Of a stretch of 64,000 bases of DNA, positions 12,901 to 27,900 are shown piece after piece (the first letter of the stretch is position 1; each line of letters opens with the position of its first letter). Under the pieces are notes generated by a model that searched no databases, was not told the origin of the DNA, and worked only from the letters and a program-made list of their open reading frames with translations. The stretch is taken from NCBI RefSeq assembly GCF_964204645.1, contig NC_134033.1, positions 7,758,655 through 7,822,654 on the forward strand, given 5' to 3'. Source of the stretch: Tubulanus polymorphus (taxonomy: Eukaryota; Animalia; Nemertea). The translations under genes were made by a program, and so were the position numbers.

Positions 12901-15900
12901 CTTATGTTTCTACTATCTTTAATACACACAAATCCGTTCGACCTAACTTCACCAGAAATCCTTGACCCTTGACCATACCAGCCAGCACTTGTGCGAAAAT
13001 TCGCTCGTCCCCCCCTCCTTTTTACTCATGTACACATGGAATAACACCAATAATAATCTTCGCTAAAATAAACTAGCTAACCTGTATTAATGCCCAGCGA
13101 GAGAGTTTGAGTCCCATTTATTGGTATCATACCACTAAATCTGCCTTCACATTCAATTTGCTTGTGCCTTTTTTTTACATTTTTGGCGAAATTTGACCTT
13201 TTACGATAAAACTTATGGAGCAACAATACTGTCTCTTTTAGAATAGTGCCCATTTGAGCAAAGGAAAGTGCCTTAGATTGCCTTTTTTGATTTTCCGCAA
13301 TTGATTTTCATTCAAATTTTGCTTTAGGCCTAGTACAGAAAGGCAATCGTTTTTTGGCACACAAATTGTGTGCCCTTTTATTTAATTGTTTCCCGAAAAA
13401 AAAATTTTTCAAGGGCATTAAAAAACCGGGACTACCGCACGTGCTGCATGTGCGACAGTCTGGATCCGCGCCTGCATTTGACAATAAAATAACTAATCAC
13501 ATTTCCAATCTCACTGAAACCAATAAGATAAACTGCTTAGTAAACAGCAACATCTTTCTTTTTGACCTTCAAAATTTATTCCCAGTAACTACCAATAATT
13601 CCAACTTCTACATATGTACAGTATCTGCTCTGTTAGCCATTTCTTGTAAACACAACCTGCATGTAATATATCTAGATTTATGTCTGGTTTATGCCGAATT
13701 TGTAATTTGTAAATGTTTAATTCTATCTTTTTGCCTATAATGTACTTGTACCCTGGCAATGGTATCTATATCATAATGTCTATCAATATTCAGAATAAAC
13801 ATCTTATATAACTTGAAAAAAAAAATTCTGATTTCTGACTGTCGTACAGTTGTGCAAATTTCTTTCTAGTCATTAATTGGGGACTGACTTTCACGAGTTG
13901 CCAACTGTTGATATGTATGCTTAGTTTAATTTCATTCTCTGAATTGTAAGGAATCCAGTTAATGATTACATAATTAGTGGGACATTAAACCGCACAAATA
14001 TTGTTTGTGTTAAAAACACGACAACACGATACTGGGTAAAGCGCATGTCATGGTCTGTATTGTGAAATTAGAAACAGTCATTGGTGACATAGCACTGATT
14101 CGATAAATCCATGGCTGGCCATATTGAGTCGAAAAATGTATAGGCTACTGGCTTAAAAAAATGTTGGTCAGCAAAATATTGGTTACATCCGGCCCTAGCC
14201 AAAATGATAGAACATGTCATAACATAACACAAAACTCATCCAAAACGAAAATTTCGGCACTTTTTCACCTACAAGGTTTGCATGAACAACGCACAACTGT
14301 AAGGGTTATCTCGACTGGATGCCGATCATAAAAACGTACACATCAAAACGTTGCACAGAGAGCATGCCAGCATATATAAGTGTCACAGACCGAGGCCAGC
14401 TGATGAATGATTCAATATTAGATAACTACAGCAGCGGCAAATAAGCATAGTGATATTTCACATAGTGTCAATCTACGACAAACAACGTATAAATATGATC
14501 ACTGGTGTGGTGATCAACGTATGGAAAAGATCTTGGAGTTTTTGTTAAGTTTTTTTTTCCGGAGTGGTATTTACAATGCAAATCTACCTGCCAAGTGCGT
14601 AAGGTGGCATGGCATTTCAAAGTGAAAACTTATCTTAGAATATAGCCAACCGCTTAAATTTTGCAGACCAATCAATCCTGATTTTCAACAGACACTAGCG
14701 ATAGTGTGATGAGAACTAGGGGACACCACACCCACTTGGGAAGTGGTTTGAAATGCTCAACAAACAGAAAATATCAATATTTAGTCACACCAGATGAACA
14801 TGTTATGAAAGCAATGACCCCAAAACTCACCACACTCAAAGAACATGTCACTAGCTACCAAAATGCAATTAATTGTGGTTACAAAATATGCCTAGGTACC
14901 AATTTAACATGAAAATACTCAGTTATTCAGCTATTTAACGCCCCCTGGTGAGTAGATCAATACAATGACAGTGATATTATTTATCATATATCAAGACAAT
15001 AAGTCAAAACCTTTCGATATTGTCTTCCAGAACCTTTTTCTATCCAAGATGGATGCGATTGTGTAACCCTTGACTGCTCAAAGAATCTGACCGAAATGTT
15101 TAAAGGGGTCATGAAGAGGTTTTTGAGATATGGCTAAAAGTATTTTCTATCACTAATTATAACCTATTTATTGATTTATTGGTCAAGAAATTAATTTTGG
15201 ATTCTTCATTTACTGTTAAAACGAGACTTTTGATTCGTTTGGAATTGTGACGAGACGAGATAAATCGTCATGGTGGGTGCACTGCAGTTTGCCGTGACGT
15301 GTTATATTGTCATCCATTCAATGTCCTTTTATAGCGTCATGAATTACCTAGCAGAGGCGAGAAACCAGCTAACAATTGTCTGGCAGTATGGAGAGACTAA
15401 GATATCATTTATGAGGGTAACTCAAGTCTGGTGCACACTTCAGAAAAAAATCTTCAGAAAGCATTGAATTTAAGCTTCTTTTTCGGCCAATATTTAGAGA
15501 GAATATAATGACTAAAATCATTCTATATCATTTTTACAATAAAAACTTTATTCTTTTAGATTTTGATTTGATTTTTCACACTTTTCACTGGCAATGGGGA
15601 CAAGAAAAAAATGAGAATCTCTTCATAGTGTCGTGATTGATTTGATGCTTATTAAACTTTTGTATACGCTTGCGACCATCTCTAAAGTGATATTGAGATG
15701 GCAAATTTGCCAGCAGATTGGTCAATATTTCAATGTCAAATGCCTTGTTTCACATGTATTGTGAAATACCACGTACCCCTCCGTCTGTTTTTTTTCCATA
15801 TTATATATACCTTAGATCTCTTAAACAATTTGAGCACTTATGTCTAGTATTGTGGTTTTTGTTGATTGTGTAATTGTCTTTTTATGTTCATTGTGTAATT

Positions 15901-18900
15901 TGTCATATATCATGTAGTACATGTTTTCTAGATAAGATGAGATTCCGAGTAATTAGGTTTTAAATGATTTTGTAACGTTGTTGCGCTTTATAGTCAACAA
16001 GTATTGTTACGTTCGAGATACGTTTTTTTAATGATTTTGTAACGTTGTTGGGCTTTATAGTCAACAAGTATTGTTACGTTAGAGATATGGTCTTTTTTTA
16101 AATTTTGTAACGTTGCCAGTGACGAGTTATCTCGTCATGTGGTTTTTTATACTAAAATAGATCAGTGTATTAATTTATCAATGTACAAATAGTGCTGGCA
16201 GCATATCAATTGTATAATGTCAAAAATTAGCGTTGGCAATGGCGACCAGACCCTAAACCGCTAGGTGGCAGCAAACGTGTTAAAGTGCAAAATAGTACAT
16301 CAGATTCAAATCAAACATCCGGGCTGGGTTTCATAGATGTGGAGAAAAATAGTCCCTGGGAACATTTTGAAATTTGTCAGTTATAACCATGGTTTCTCAT
16401 GGTTACTATGGTGGTTGTTACCCAGATTAAGGATTTACCCCTAGGGATAACTTTGATACTCAGTCTATGTAACCGGGCCCCGAAGTTTAGGAAGCCAACA
16501 GTTGTTATTAATAGACAATTGAAATTATTCCATTTAATTTGGACCAGATGCCTCAGAACAACGGAATTTGTTACTATCGAGCACAGCATATTTCTACGTT
16601 GTGGAGCAGCGAGCATTCATCATCATTTAAAAGTCTTCTATCTTATTTGTTAAAACCACGAGTAGGGGATGACTGATAGAGATATCGCAGATATTTCTGC
16701 GGGCAGTGATAGTTTTATCCAGTACTGGACCATAAAATCATCCTGAAATCGTAAACTTGTTCGCGTAGTATCCAGCCAAGCCTGCACCGTCCTGTGTAAT
16801 GTGTGCTGCATACATACATAGCCAGCCAGTATGTTGTACACACTATAGTGATGTGGGTCACTGGGGAAAGCCAGGACTATATGCGCAGTGGAAATGGCGT
16901 ATCTCTAACTACATATTGAATTCGCGGATATAGCGTTACTTGGCATAATAAAAGGCTCTCAGATAATGAAAATATAAGTTTTGTGTATCCAAGTTTATAT
17001 GGGCCGTCATATTTGGGAGAATCCTTCACTGAAGCGCAAAGCTAGTTGACACATAGGCTGGATGACTTTCCTCTTAGTTTTCTTACTGTCCATTATGTTA
17101 AGCCTCGAAATCTGTGGTCTTGGCCACTAAAATTTGTCGCTGCCTTTGTGGGAACAGTTCATAGCTAGCTACACACAGCCAAGGCATTTCAAAAGACAGT
17201 AAAATTAGCGCAATATTCGACGAAAATGAGCATTGTATTATAACGCCTTAGAGTGTGCTGCAGGAGATGTGTTCTCAGAATGATGTCATCAATATCACCA
17301 CGTAGACGCAAGCGTCCCGTTGATAGGGCCATTGCTACAGGCTTTCTCGAATTTGGATAATATTTAAAAAATTTTTCACAAGACTTCTATAGATGCACAC
17401 GGTAAATGTTTTACACAAAAAAAATTAGATTTAAAGATTTTTACAAAACCTCCTCATGACTCCCTTTAACTCTTTTAATGCGGGTGGTGTGCTAAGCACG
17501 CTACGCCCAGACAGTTCAAGAGGGCGGGGGATGTGCTAAGCACACAAAAGTTCTTTATAAGCTATGTAGATGGCATACATATCAAGCGCTGCACTCCATA
17601 TTACTGGCTGCCTTTAGCAACACTACACACGTGTTTGTGTATAGATTGGTGGCACCTGCTAGGAATAATAACAGCGAGTTGCTTAGTACTAGCTGGGTGG
17701 TGATGTATGTGCACGTACTCTATCAAGTTCAAGTCAAGTATCAGGCTTTCAGAATAACAACTAACAATAACTCCCAGATAGTAACCGCAGATAGTAATGA
17801 TTTATATCGCAGTTGTTTTGAAATAGAAAGCAATGTGATCTTCCCCCAGTTACTGGTGGTTTGGTTTCAGTAACACAAACAAGATCATAAATTTCATCAC
17901 GATCATACTGAATAGCTCATTTGCTGTTTACTTCCATGCACTACAAGTAAGTTTTATTTTGTAGTAAATAGTCAAGGCTTTCATATGATGTATGATCTGA
18001 TGAGGTCCCCAAAGGGCCACCAAAATCGTGCCCTTTTGGCCCCAAAAATTCATCCAAACCTACTTGGATTTGAAGTGAGCGCTCAGATGTGTCATCTCGA
18101 AACACTCGAGAAATTGAAATAGAAGGATGTTGATTTCTGTTTGGTATTTCGAAGACTATGTGAGTAATTTATCAAAAGGTATTGGGTTCGAATCCCACTT
18201 TAACTGTTTTAGTGCAGCATACAAAAAAAGTGCCGGGGCGGATTCGGGCGGCTTGAGTAATAGGCAGGGCAGATACCAGCAGCTTGAGTGCTAATGGGTT
18301 AAAAACACCTTGACTAAATTAAAATTTGAGGTCAGCCCCTCTTAAATTCCCCAAGAATATTTCAGACAAATAAATTACCCATGGGCAAAGTGTGGCTTAC
18401 CTTGAAAGCTAGAGGTTGTTTGGAGTAAGGGCATTGCTTGAAAAATCTTTTTAATTCAAAGTTCTAGAAGTTTAAATTGTATTATATTTTTCTTAAGGAA
18501 TTATTTTGTAGTCAAATAAGACAAAAGATAAACATCTGTTTATGGTCTATGTCCAAAATATTGTAGGGTACAGGTAGGCGTGGCAGGGAAACTATTTTAT
18601 ATTTTCAAAAAAATATTTTTCACAATATTTCTTCAATATTCAGACCTCGACCTATACATGTAGTTTGCTGCTAAGTATTTTCAGGTCACAAGAAATTACA
18701 ATTTATTACAAATTCTATCAAACAGAAAACACAGCGCTAATCTTCTGCTACAACGATTATTCAGCCAGTTATCATATCAAACGTGCAAGCGCTAAGCAGC
18801 GTTACAGCATCACCATATAGTAGTCTGAATGAGCGTGTGTTAGTGTGTGCAACAGTCTAATGTTTAGCACTCCCACGCACGTGGAGGCCTTGTGTAGTGA

Positions 18901-21900
18901 AGGCCTTGTTCGCTTCACTTCAATCTCAATTAACGCAATCCCCGGGTATTAAAACAAACAATACCTATGGCGATATGTAAAACAAGGTGCCTACTATGGG
19001 CACTGTTAGATTCAGAGCAGAAATTAGTGAATAGAAGGAGTTAATCATATCCACCATACTAGATAGACCATACATTGGTTTAGTAAGGTGCTCTATCAGC
19101 TTATACTTGACATAAAAGGAAATGCATGATGTAAAAGTATAAGGTAATTAGATTTTAAATGACAAACAGTTGTTTATACAAAGTAGAGAAGGTAAATACG
19201 TAACCCATTTTAAGTGGGCCTAATAGATTTGGAAATGAAATACATATAATCATTATAAATTATAAGCTGCCTAATAAATTATAAGGTTTAGTTAAATCAC
19301 AAGCATCTCATATGTCATATTGATATTTTTGTTGCTGAAGCTGAAATCAAATCTAGCTGTATTGGGAGATGAGAAAGTATTCTAAGTTCCATACAAACTC
19401 TGTCCAGATTTTCAGGATTCAGAGCCAAGACCTAAGGCTAAAAAAATGATACCTTGTCTCTCCACTCATTGTTCAGCTTAATAGTTGACACAGCCGGCCA
19501 CATATCTACCTTGTTCATTACTTTTTTTAAACTATGATCAATGAGATTTTACTATTTCAAACCCGGCAGTTTAGAAATGAACTGATAAAGTTTATAACAT
19601 TTTACAACTAAAGTCTATCCCAGTAGATATGACCGCGGCGCATCAAGGAGTTGTTACACTAACATATCGGGAACCCTGTTGTTTCTATCACTCAGTCTTA
19701 CGAGTAATTGAGGTCAAGCGACTACTGAACTCTTACAAATGTATGCTTAAGTAGTGAACATCTAAGGGCAGCAAGCTAGAACCTTCATATATCTTACCAT
19801 GTTTTCATGGATACCATTAACAACTGATGTAAACAAATCAGTGTCACAACAATTAACAGTGGTTGCCATTGTTTCTTCAACTTGACGCTTTAGGGACTTC
19901 AGAGCAGATGGACATAAATCGTAACGTGAAGATGGTGTTTTATTTTTCACATTTTTCTCTGTATCACCATCAGTATGCTTGAATTTTTTCACCAATGGCT
20001 GACCATCAGTGGACATTTCGGATTGCAGTTTCCGCTTCAGTGAAAGAAATTCATCATCAAGATCAACATTGACGATGTATGGGTTAGATGACATCAGTGA
20101 CAACCAGCCATCAGTCATCGGAGCCTCTTCAATTTTACTGGAATATTTTTGTACACCAGCAACAGGTGAATCTACAAAAATAATCGTTCATTCATTCTCG
20201 AATTCACTGTGATTGACCGAATAATCATAAGCAAAATTTGGGCTTAACAACCACATATTTTGAACAGGTTACTTTTCAATTTTCAGAAAAGGCTGAAATT
20301 TTTAATCCAGTAAATATGGTGGTTAAAAGCATGTTTCAGTCAGTAAAAATAGCGGAATTCACACATCAATTTCAGAAGTGTTCAAACAGTTAAATTCATT
20401 TGCGGCATAATTGCGGTGTAGTCTGAGTAATCAATAAGTGTTCATGGTAATCCTCGAAATCCTATAATGTACATACCTATAGAAATATAACGTAGATGTA
20501 ACTGGGCTTTAAATCCTGACAACTTCTTCCATGTAAAATGAAAAATATCGTCAGGAACTTTTGTTAGTATGGCTTTCGCTTCTGGTGCGTTGGAACTGAG
20601 CGTTTTGACTAGAGTCATAATGTACGACAGGTATGCCTGATAAACTAGCAATGGTACTGATCCCACCGTCGTCAAACAATCGAATGCCTGCTTCGTGATC
20701 ATATTGACATGCTGCAGCCATAGACCATTGCTGGAATCATGGTTATCCATGTCCGCATCTGCATTCTCTTCATTATCAGAACTACCATTTTTTCCCTGCG
20801 TGAAATTTAAAAAGAGATGTTATAGATAGTGATCAAGGTTTTTCAGAAGTAGCAGTTAGTCTTACATGTACAGGACTCATCAATCCAGGGTTCATGTGGA
20901 GCAATCATATTGGGAGCATTCAGTCAGTTTCACATACTATTCAAGAGCCAGTTGCTTGAAAGTTGGTTACTTAACCAGTTGATATTTGACATAGTGAGAG
21001 TTAAAAGTTCATTGTCACTATGGTATTTATCCACTGGTTAACTTTAACCAACCTTTGAGAGACTGGTCCCTGGTCTCTCATCAATCCAGGGTTCATGTAT
21101 TTGAATAAGTGGTAAGTCAGTCCTTAACATACTGGTCTCATCAATCCAGGGTTCAAAGTTTTTTAGTTCAAATCTTTACGTATTGGCCCCACTCCACGCG
21201 GTTCGCCACCGCGCGGGATTTACGCAAAGCAGCAGAAACAAACATGGCCACCTTTTGAATTTTCAATGTTAGAAATTGTGCATGAATTTCAATTATTTCA
21301 GCTGTTAGGGTTTCAAGGCACAATATAACTGGATGATGTGATATGGCGATGTTAATAAATGATAATGCCGCAGTGAAGCCAGTCACAAACTGTCCCGATT
21401 GAGTGTACAGCGGTCAAAAACATATTAATTTGCGGAGTTACGTAACTATTTGCAGTAAAGTGCAGACGAAACATGAAGCCTTAATGGCCGTTTACAAAAA
21501 CATTCTAGCAATCACAATTGAAAGATAATAATCATATACACTTTAAGTTAAAATTATGGCCATTTCCAAAATTATAGCAAAATTATATTATAATTTGAAG
21601 TCAGTGCGGAACCTTTGGTTTTGAACAATAATGAGGGGTGGCAGGAAGTAGTTCAATTCAAGTCCTGATTTACCACATGTTACTTCCGAGTTGTTGAAAA
21701 TCTCGCGAGAATGGCGCAATATTGAAACTGGCAATAAATGCCAAGTATCGTACATATTTTTTTTTTTACATATTCATAACTTATCCGCTATAAAGTGCCG
21801 ATTCATTTGAGTTTAGACCATGTGAATCTAGCCGGATAAAGAGCTTTAATTCGCTATCGTTTTTCGCTACCGCTCCGCCGGTCATTAAACAGTTTGACGT

Positions 21901-24900
21901 TAAAGCGTTGTCCGTTGTTAGTCCTTTTGTCGCTCAGTCTCCGACAAAAGTTAAAGCTCTATCTTGACGTCACCTGAAAACAGTAACGCCGTCGAATGAT
22001 GTCCACCGAAAACATGGAATACACAGACCAGAGTCGCGAGAAGCTGTTCGATTCTAGGAAGTCATTAGCGGGTTGGTTGACCCGAAATATTGAAAAGGGT
22101 CAAAGCAAAGTCGAAATTCTCAAGAGCCAGAGTGCTCTTAGTTTAGTGAAAGGAAACCGTTTTAAAATCGTTTGAAAGTCTGAAAACGGTACACACTCAG
22201 ATCATCTCTCTGCCCGACGAGGATGTTCTCGATGCTGAGTTGTGGTTCGAACCGTACTCCGAGAAGGTTCTGGACATCGTCGATAAAATAGACTGTAAAA
22301 TCAGGTCTCTAGATCTCATGGATTCCGACGCGGGTTCAGTCAGGTCGTGTAAGTCTGATACGCGACGTAAACACGTGGGTATGGCTGAAACCACTGTCGA
22401 AGAATTACCAGCCGAACAACCGGGCAGTCGCACTGACGACACGAAACGCTGGGTGTATCAGCAACCTATCGTACCGCCGCTGAACCGAGATAAAGCCATC
22501 GATGCTTGGATCGACCAGCTGATTCCTGGCCGTGAGACAGCACCCAGAGATGAAACGGGCGGAGAAGCTAATTTCACACGTGCGTTGGAGCGTTTGAGCG
22601 TCGATCGAGATTTGCCACCAGTAGAGTTCCCGATAATCGATGGGTCAGCATTTGCTTGGCCTAAATTCGTTGAACAGTTTCACGTTCAAGTCCATCAGCG
22701 CGTTGGTATAACTGACAGCCGACGAATGGACATTCTGTTATCGAAAACAAAAGGTGAGGCGAGGAAACTTATTTATGGTCTCGGGTATTCAGGTCGCAAC
22801 TATGCGCAAGCCCTGCAAGAATTAAAACGCGTCTTCGGGCATAAGGTTCTTGTAGACACTATATCAACAGTGTGGCTGCGGGACCGGTTGTACAATCTAG
22901 TACTTTCGCACTCCGAGATTTCTACACAAGCATTCAAGATTGTTTGACGACACTGGCGCAGTTAAATTACACTAACGAACTCACAAGTTGTGAGTTATTA
23001 CAGAGAGTCGCCAGGAGACTTCCATTCGAGAAACGACATAAATGGAATGAACATGTTAAAAATGTAGCGTGTTTAAGAGAAACAAATTTATATGACTTGA
23101 ATCTGTGGTTACAGGATAGAGTGGATGCTGAATGCGAGCCATACGCGGTCAGTGTACTTTCTGTTACGAAACAAACCCATCAACAGGGTGTGGTCAAATC
23201 ATCAATTATCAATAACACAGTTTTGAAACAGCAAACTGGTCATTACAATAGAGTTAATCGATTCAGCTGTGCACTCTGTCCTGCTCAACATATTTCTCGT
23301 TGCAAGAAATTCATTGGAAAGAATTTCAATGAACGTCTTGCAGTGATTCGTTCGTTTAAATTATGCTTCAATTGTCTTTATCCAGGTCACGTGAAATCTA
23401 ACTGTCCATCCGCAGTTAGCTGTCACACTTGCAAAAAGAGACACCATACCAGTCTTCATCGAGATAATGAAATGACATTCGATTTACCTTCTGGGTCACC
23501 TCAGCAGCCAAAGTCAACTCCCTGCTTCTCCAATGGCAGTGAAGATTTGCTGAATGATTCTGCCGGCAAACAACAGACATTGACTAAGGAGATGTTCAAT
23601 GATGCTCGTGCTATGTGCCGCAATACTGCGAGCAGCACCCCTAGGAAGGTAAGTGTTCACTTCCAGATCGTTCTGGTTAATATCAAGGGGCAAAATGGAC
23701 GTTTTATAAGTACTTTCGCACTGTTAGACTCGGCTTCGGAAATAAGCTTAATAGATTCAGGGTTAGCATCCGATCTTGGTCTGAAGGGAAGAGGTGAATT
23801 GTTGACTATGAATACGTTAACTTCATGTGAAACTAAGCCATCAAAAATTGTTAGCTTGTCACTGCATTCATTGTTCTCTGATGATGAGATTCTTATTCGT
23901 GAAGCTTATACTTGGCTAGGTAGTTTCAGGTGTCCGATTCAGACAAGCTCTATAACCGGAAAATTCGAACATTTACATGATTTGAATGTTTCGGATATCA
24001 ATCAAGATGAAGTTAGAATTCTAATTGGCGCTAATGCGCCAAGAGCCCATTTGCAGCTTGAAGTTCGTCAGTCTTCTAATCCCGATGAGCCTGTAGCGAT
24101 TCGTACCCCTCTGGGATGGTGCATTATGGGTACCATGTATAATGAAAACGTTTCGGGTAATGTTGATAGGAATTGTTTTACATCTACCACAGATATAGAT
24201 AACATAGCTCTGAATAAACAGATTGAAAAATTCTGGGAGACGGAGACTCTCGGGGTAACGGCTGATAGTGATAAGAAGTCATGGTCTGTCGAAGATCGTC
24301 GCGCTATTTCTATTTTAAATGAATCGTGTAGACTCAACCAAGGCAAATACGAGGTAGGTATGCTGTGGCGTAACACTGAATGCCTAATAATTTGCATCAA
24401 GCAAAAATCCGTTTCAAAAATCTTAAGAAACGGCTTGCAAATGATCCGATACTCCGTGAAGCTTATTGCAAAACTGTCAGTGGCTACATTGAAAATGGCC
24501 ATGCCCGTAAGCTTACGGAGGATGACCTGAAGACTACGGGCAAGAAAACCTGGTATTTGCTGCATCACGCGGTTACAAATCCTAACAAACCGAGTAGTGT
24601 TTGACGCAGCGGCCTTATGCAACGGTGTTAGTCTTAACAATCAATTGATGACTGGACCAGATCTATTGAATAGCCTTTTCGGGGTCTTACAACGGTTTAG
24701 ACTCGGGGCTATCGCGCTAGTCGCGGATGTACAGTGTATGTTTCACCAAGTGAAAGTACCCGAGTCTGATTCAAATTCACTATTATTCTTGTGGCAAGCC
24801 GATATTCGAGAAGAATCGGACCCAGGCGTCTACAAGATGACCGTACATATTTTTGGTGCAAAAGACTCGCCCTGCGCAGCTAATTATTGTATAAAGAGAG

Positions 24901-27900
24901 CAGCCAATGATAATGCCGAATCGCACTCCGCTTTGGCAGTCGCTACAATATTATTACAATATTACTTTTAATTTCTATGTCGACGATTTACTCAAATCGG
25001 TTTCTTTTATATTTCAGGCTAGCCAGCTAGCAGACGAAATAACAGTAATCCTTAGCAAGGGCGGATTTCATCTGACGAAATGGATGTCAAACAGTCGAGA
25101 AGTCTTGGCACACATTACAGGCGAAGAAAGGGCTCGACCAGAACTCGATCTTGATCTTGACGAATTACCGATTGAACGGACTCTGGGTATCAAGTGGGAT
25201 GTGGAATCTGACGACTTTGTATTTAAACCTGTTTTGAAAGAAGGCGTTCCTACGAAGAGGCTTGTCGTAAGTATTGTCAGCTCGATTTTCGATCCGTTGG
25301 GGTTTGTATCACCGTTTACATTCAGGGCTAAATGCTTGATACAAAAAATGTGGCGGCAAAATTTCGACTGGGATGACGAGCTCTCCGGTGAATGTTTGAT
25401 CAGATGGCAAGAGTGGGCAGCGGAGCTCATATTTTTAGCAGATTTTCGCCTGCAACGTCATCACCTTGGTTTGGTTGTAGGTGAAACACTGGTTGAATTG
25501 CATGTCTTCTGTGATGTGTCAGAGAAAGGATTTGGAGCTGTGGCTTATCTCCGCATGAAACACCCATCTGGAAACATTAATTGTTCTTTCTTGTCTTCAA
25601 AGACTCGTGTTGCTCCTGTACGCATGATCACAGTGCCGAAGTTGGAGCTTGAAGGAGCTGTTCTTGGCATGAAGCTTGCTTACACTTTGAAGGACGAGCT
25701 ACCAGAGTTGAAATTTCTTCGCGTTTTCTACTGGTCGGATGCTGTTACGGTCCTCAGGTACATCAACAACAGTTCAACCAGGTTCAAGACGTTCGTCGCT
25801 AATAGATTAAGTAAGATATTACTTCATACTTCGACAGAGCAGTGGATGTATGTTCCATCTAATGTTAACCCAGCAGACATCTGTACACGTGGCTTGCCAG
25901 CTGCCGAAATTCACACCAGTTCACGATGGCTCCGTGGACCTGATTTCTTGTATTCAGCGAATGAGGTAGATGAGTGGCCTGATCAGTCAATAGTTAATGG
26001 ACCCCTGATCGATCGCGAAAATATTAAAAAGTGTACATATGCTAGTTCCGTTGTAAATAAAAACTTTGATTCTGTATTTGATAATGTGTTTCAGTTGGTG
26101 AATATTGATAGGTTCTCATCATGGTATGAGTTACGTTGCCATGTAGCTTGGGTAATTAGGGCCGTGAAGAAATGTTCATCATTGGTCTCTCGGTTAAATG
26201 TTGATAGTGGCAAGGGTGGTCGAAACTTATTGCCGTCTAAGCTTAGCGAAGCGCAACACTTTCTCATTAGACACGCGCAGCGTGAGGGTTACGGAGATTA
26301 GATTAGATCTCTGCAGTCTAAGGGCACTTTATCAAGGAAAAGTCCCACATTACCTCTACGTCCAACCTTTGGTGACGGAGTATTGAAAGTAGGCAGCAGA
26401 CTGGCGAAAGCTGACATACCATTAGAAGCCCGTCATCAAGTAATATTACCGTTTGGGCATCATGTTTCTCGTTTGATTATTGCCGAGACTCATGAAGCGT
26501 TACTACATGCCGGTCCCGAGCACGTCTTGGCCGAGGTCCGACAGAAATTTTGGCCTGTCAAAGGTCGTAGCTTAGTCAGAAGTGTCATACAAAGGTGCGT
26601 GATTTGTCGACGTGATAGGGTTAAACGTTTGATACCGATCATGGGTAATGTACCTGCTGCGCGTATAACTGCTTATACTCGCCCGTTTACGTTTACGGGA
26701 GTTGACTACTTCGGCCCTATTTACGTCAAATTAGGCAGAAGTACTGTGAAACGGTGGGGTTGTTTGTTCACATGTCTAGTTACTCGGGCGATTCACCTAG
26801 AGGTTGCAGATTCTCCGGAAACTGATTCATTTATTCTAGTGTTGCGCAATTTTATAGGGCGCAGGGGTCCTCCGTCTGAGATATACTCTGATAATGGAAC
26901 AAATTTCGTAGGTGCAGAAAAGGAACTCAGGGATGGTATTCAGCGATTTAACCAAGTTCAAATACATAGATTTTTACTGCAGCGTGATGTTACTTGGAAA
27001 TTCTCACCTCCTTTGGCTCCCCATTTTGGTGGTGCTTGGGAAAGGCTTGTCAAATCCACCAAAAAAGCGCTCAAACAAATACTTAAGTTACAGTTAGTTA
27101 CAGACTCTGTTTTGCGTACGCATTGAAACAGAGGCAGTTATCAATAGCCGCCCCTTAACGTACAATAGCTCCGATCCTTTGGATTTCAGCGCAATTACGC
27201 CTAATCATTTCTTACATGGAGGTTCAACTAGTTATAAACCTCCTGATGTATTTCACGATCAGGAAATAAGTAGTAGGAAGCGCTGGAGACAAAGTCAAGT
27301 CATTGCCGACCATCTTTGGAAAAGATGGTTAAAGGAATATCTTCTGATGCTAACAGTGCGAGGTAAATGGGCTGAGGATAATTGTCCTATAAATACCGGT
27401 GATCTGGTTCTATTAGTGAACACTGATGTGCCTAGGGGGCAGTGGAGTCTGCTAGGGTCGCTGAGGTTTATCCCGGCGATGATGGGAAAATTCGAGTAGT
27501 TAAATTAAAAACTGGTACTGGTGCTGAGTTCATAAGACCGGTTGCCAAAATCGCTATATTGGAAGAAGCTATCCCATAACTTATAGAATTTATACAATGT
27601 CTTCAACTTTCAGGATTGACTTGCATGTTTTTTTTTTGTTTTTTGGTTTTCTTTTTAACTATCAGACGTTAAGGGCGGGGGGATGTTGTCTACTGTTATG
27701 TACTAACTCATACTATGGTCAAGTTTCAGGTTCGCGCTTCATGCACAGCGTATTCCTGGCTTCTTATATTTCAGATTTCCGGTTTGTAACTGTTTCTGTG
27801 TATGGGTATTGTCCCTATTGTAGTTACCTCTCTATGTAAGCGCATAACATTTAGTTTTCTGGGCATTTAGACCATGTGAATCTAGCCGGATAAAGAGCTT

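Noticed and set aside
13074-13434. Possible decayed MITE (TTAATGCCC...GGGCATTAA)
   Set aside because: Termini too divergent and no TSD to define it.
17996-18030. CTGATGAG followed by a short stem (hammerhead ribozyme candidate); also CTGATGA at about 39699, 43071, 45063 and 62389
   Set aside because: No correctly placed GAAA or stems I/III. No hammerhead core was seen in the Penelope remnants either.
18183-18200. GGTTCGAATCCC B-box (similar motif at about 44508)
   Set aside because: No cloverleaf or A-box context; not a tRNA gene, at most a SINE or repeat remnant.
24068-25430. Antisense ORFs over BEL pol, and the many alternative-frame ORFs over DIRS
   Set aside because: Shadow frames of transposon coding sequence with no recognisable motifs.
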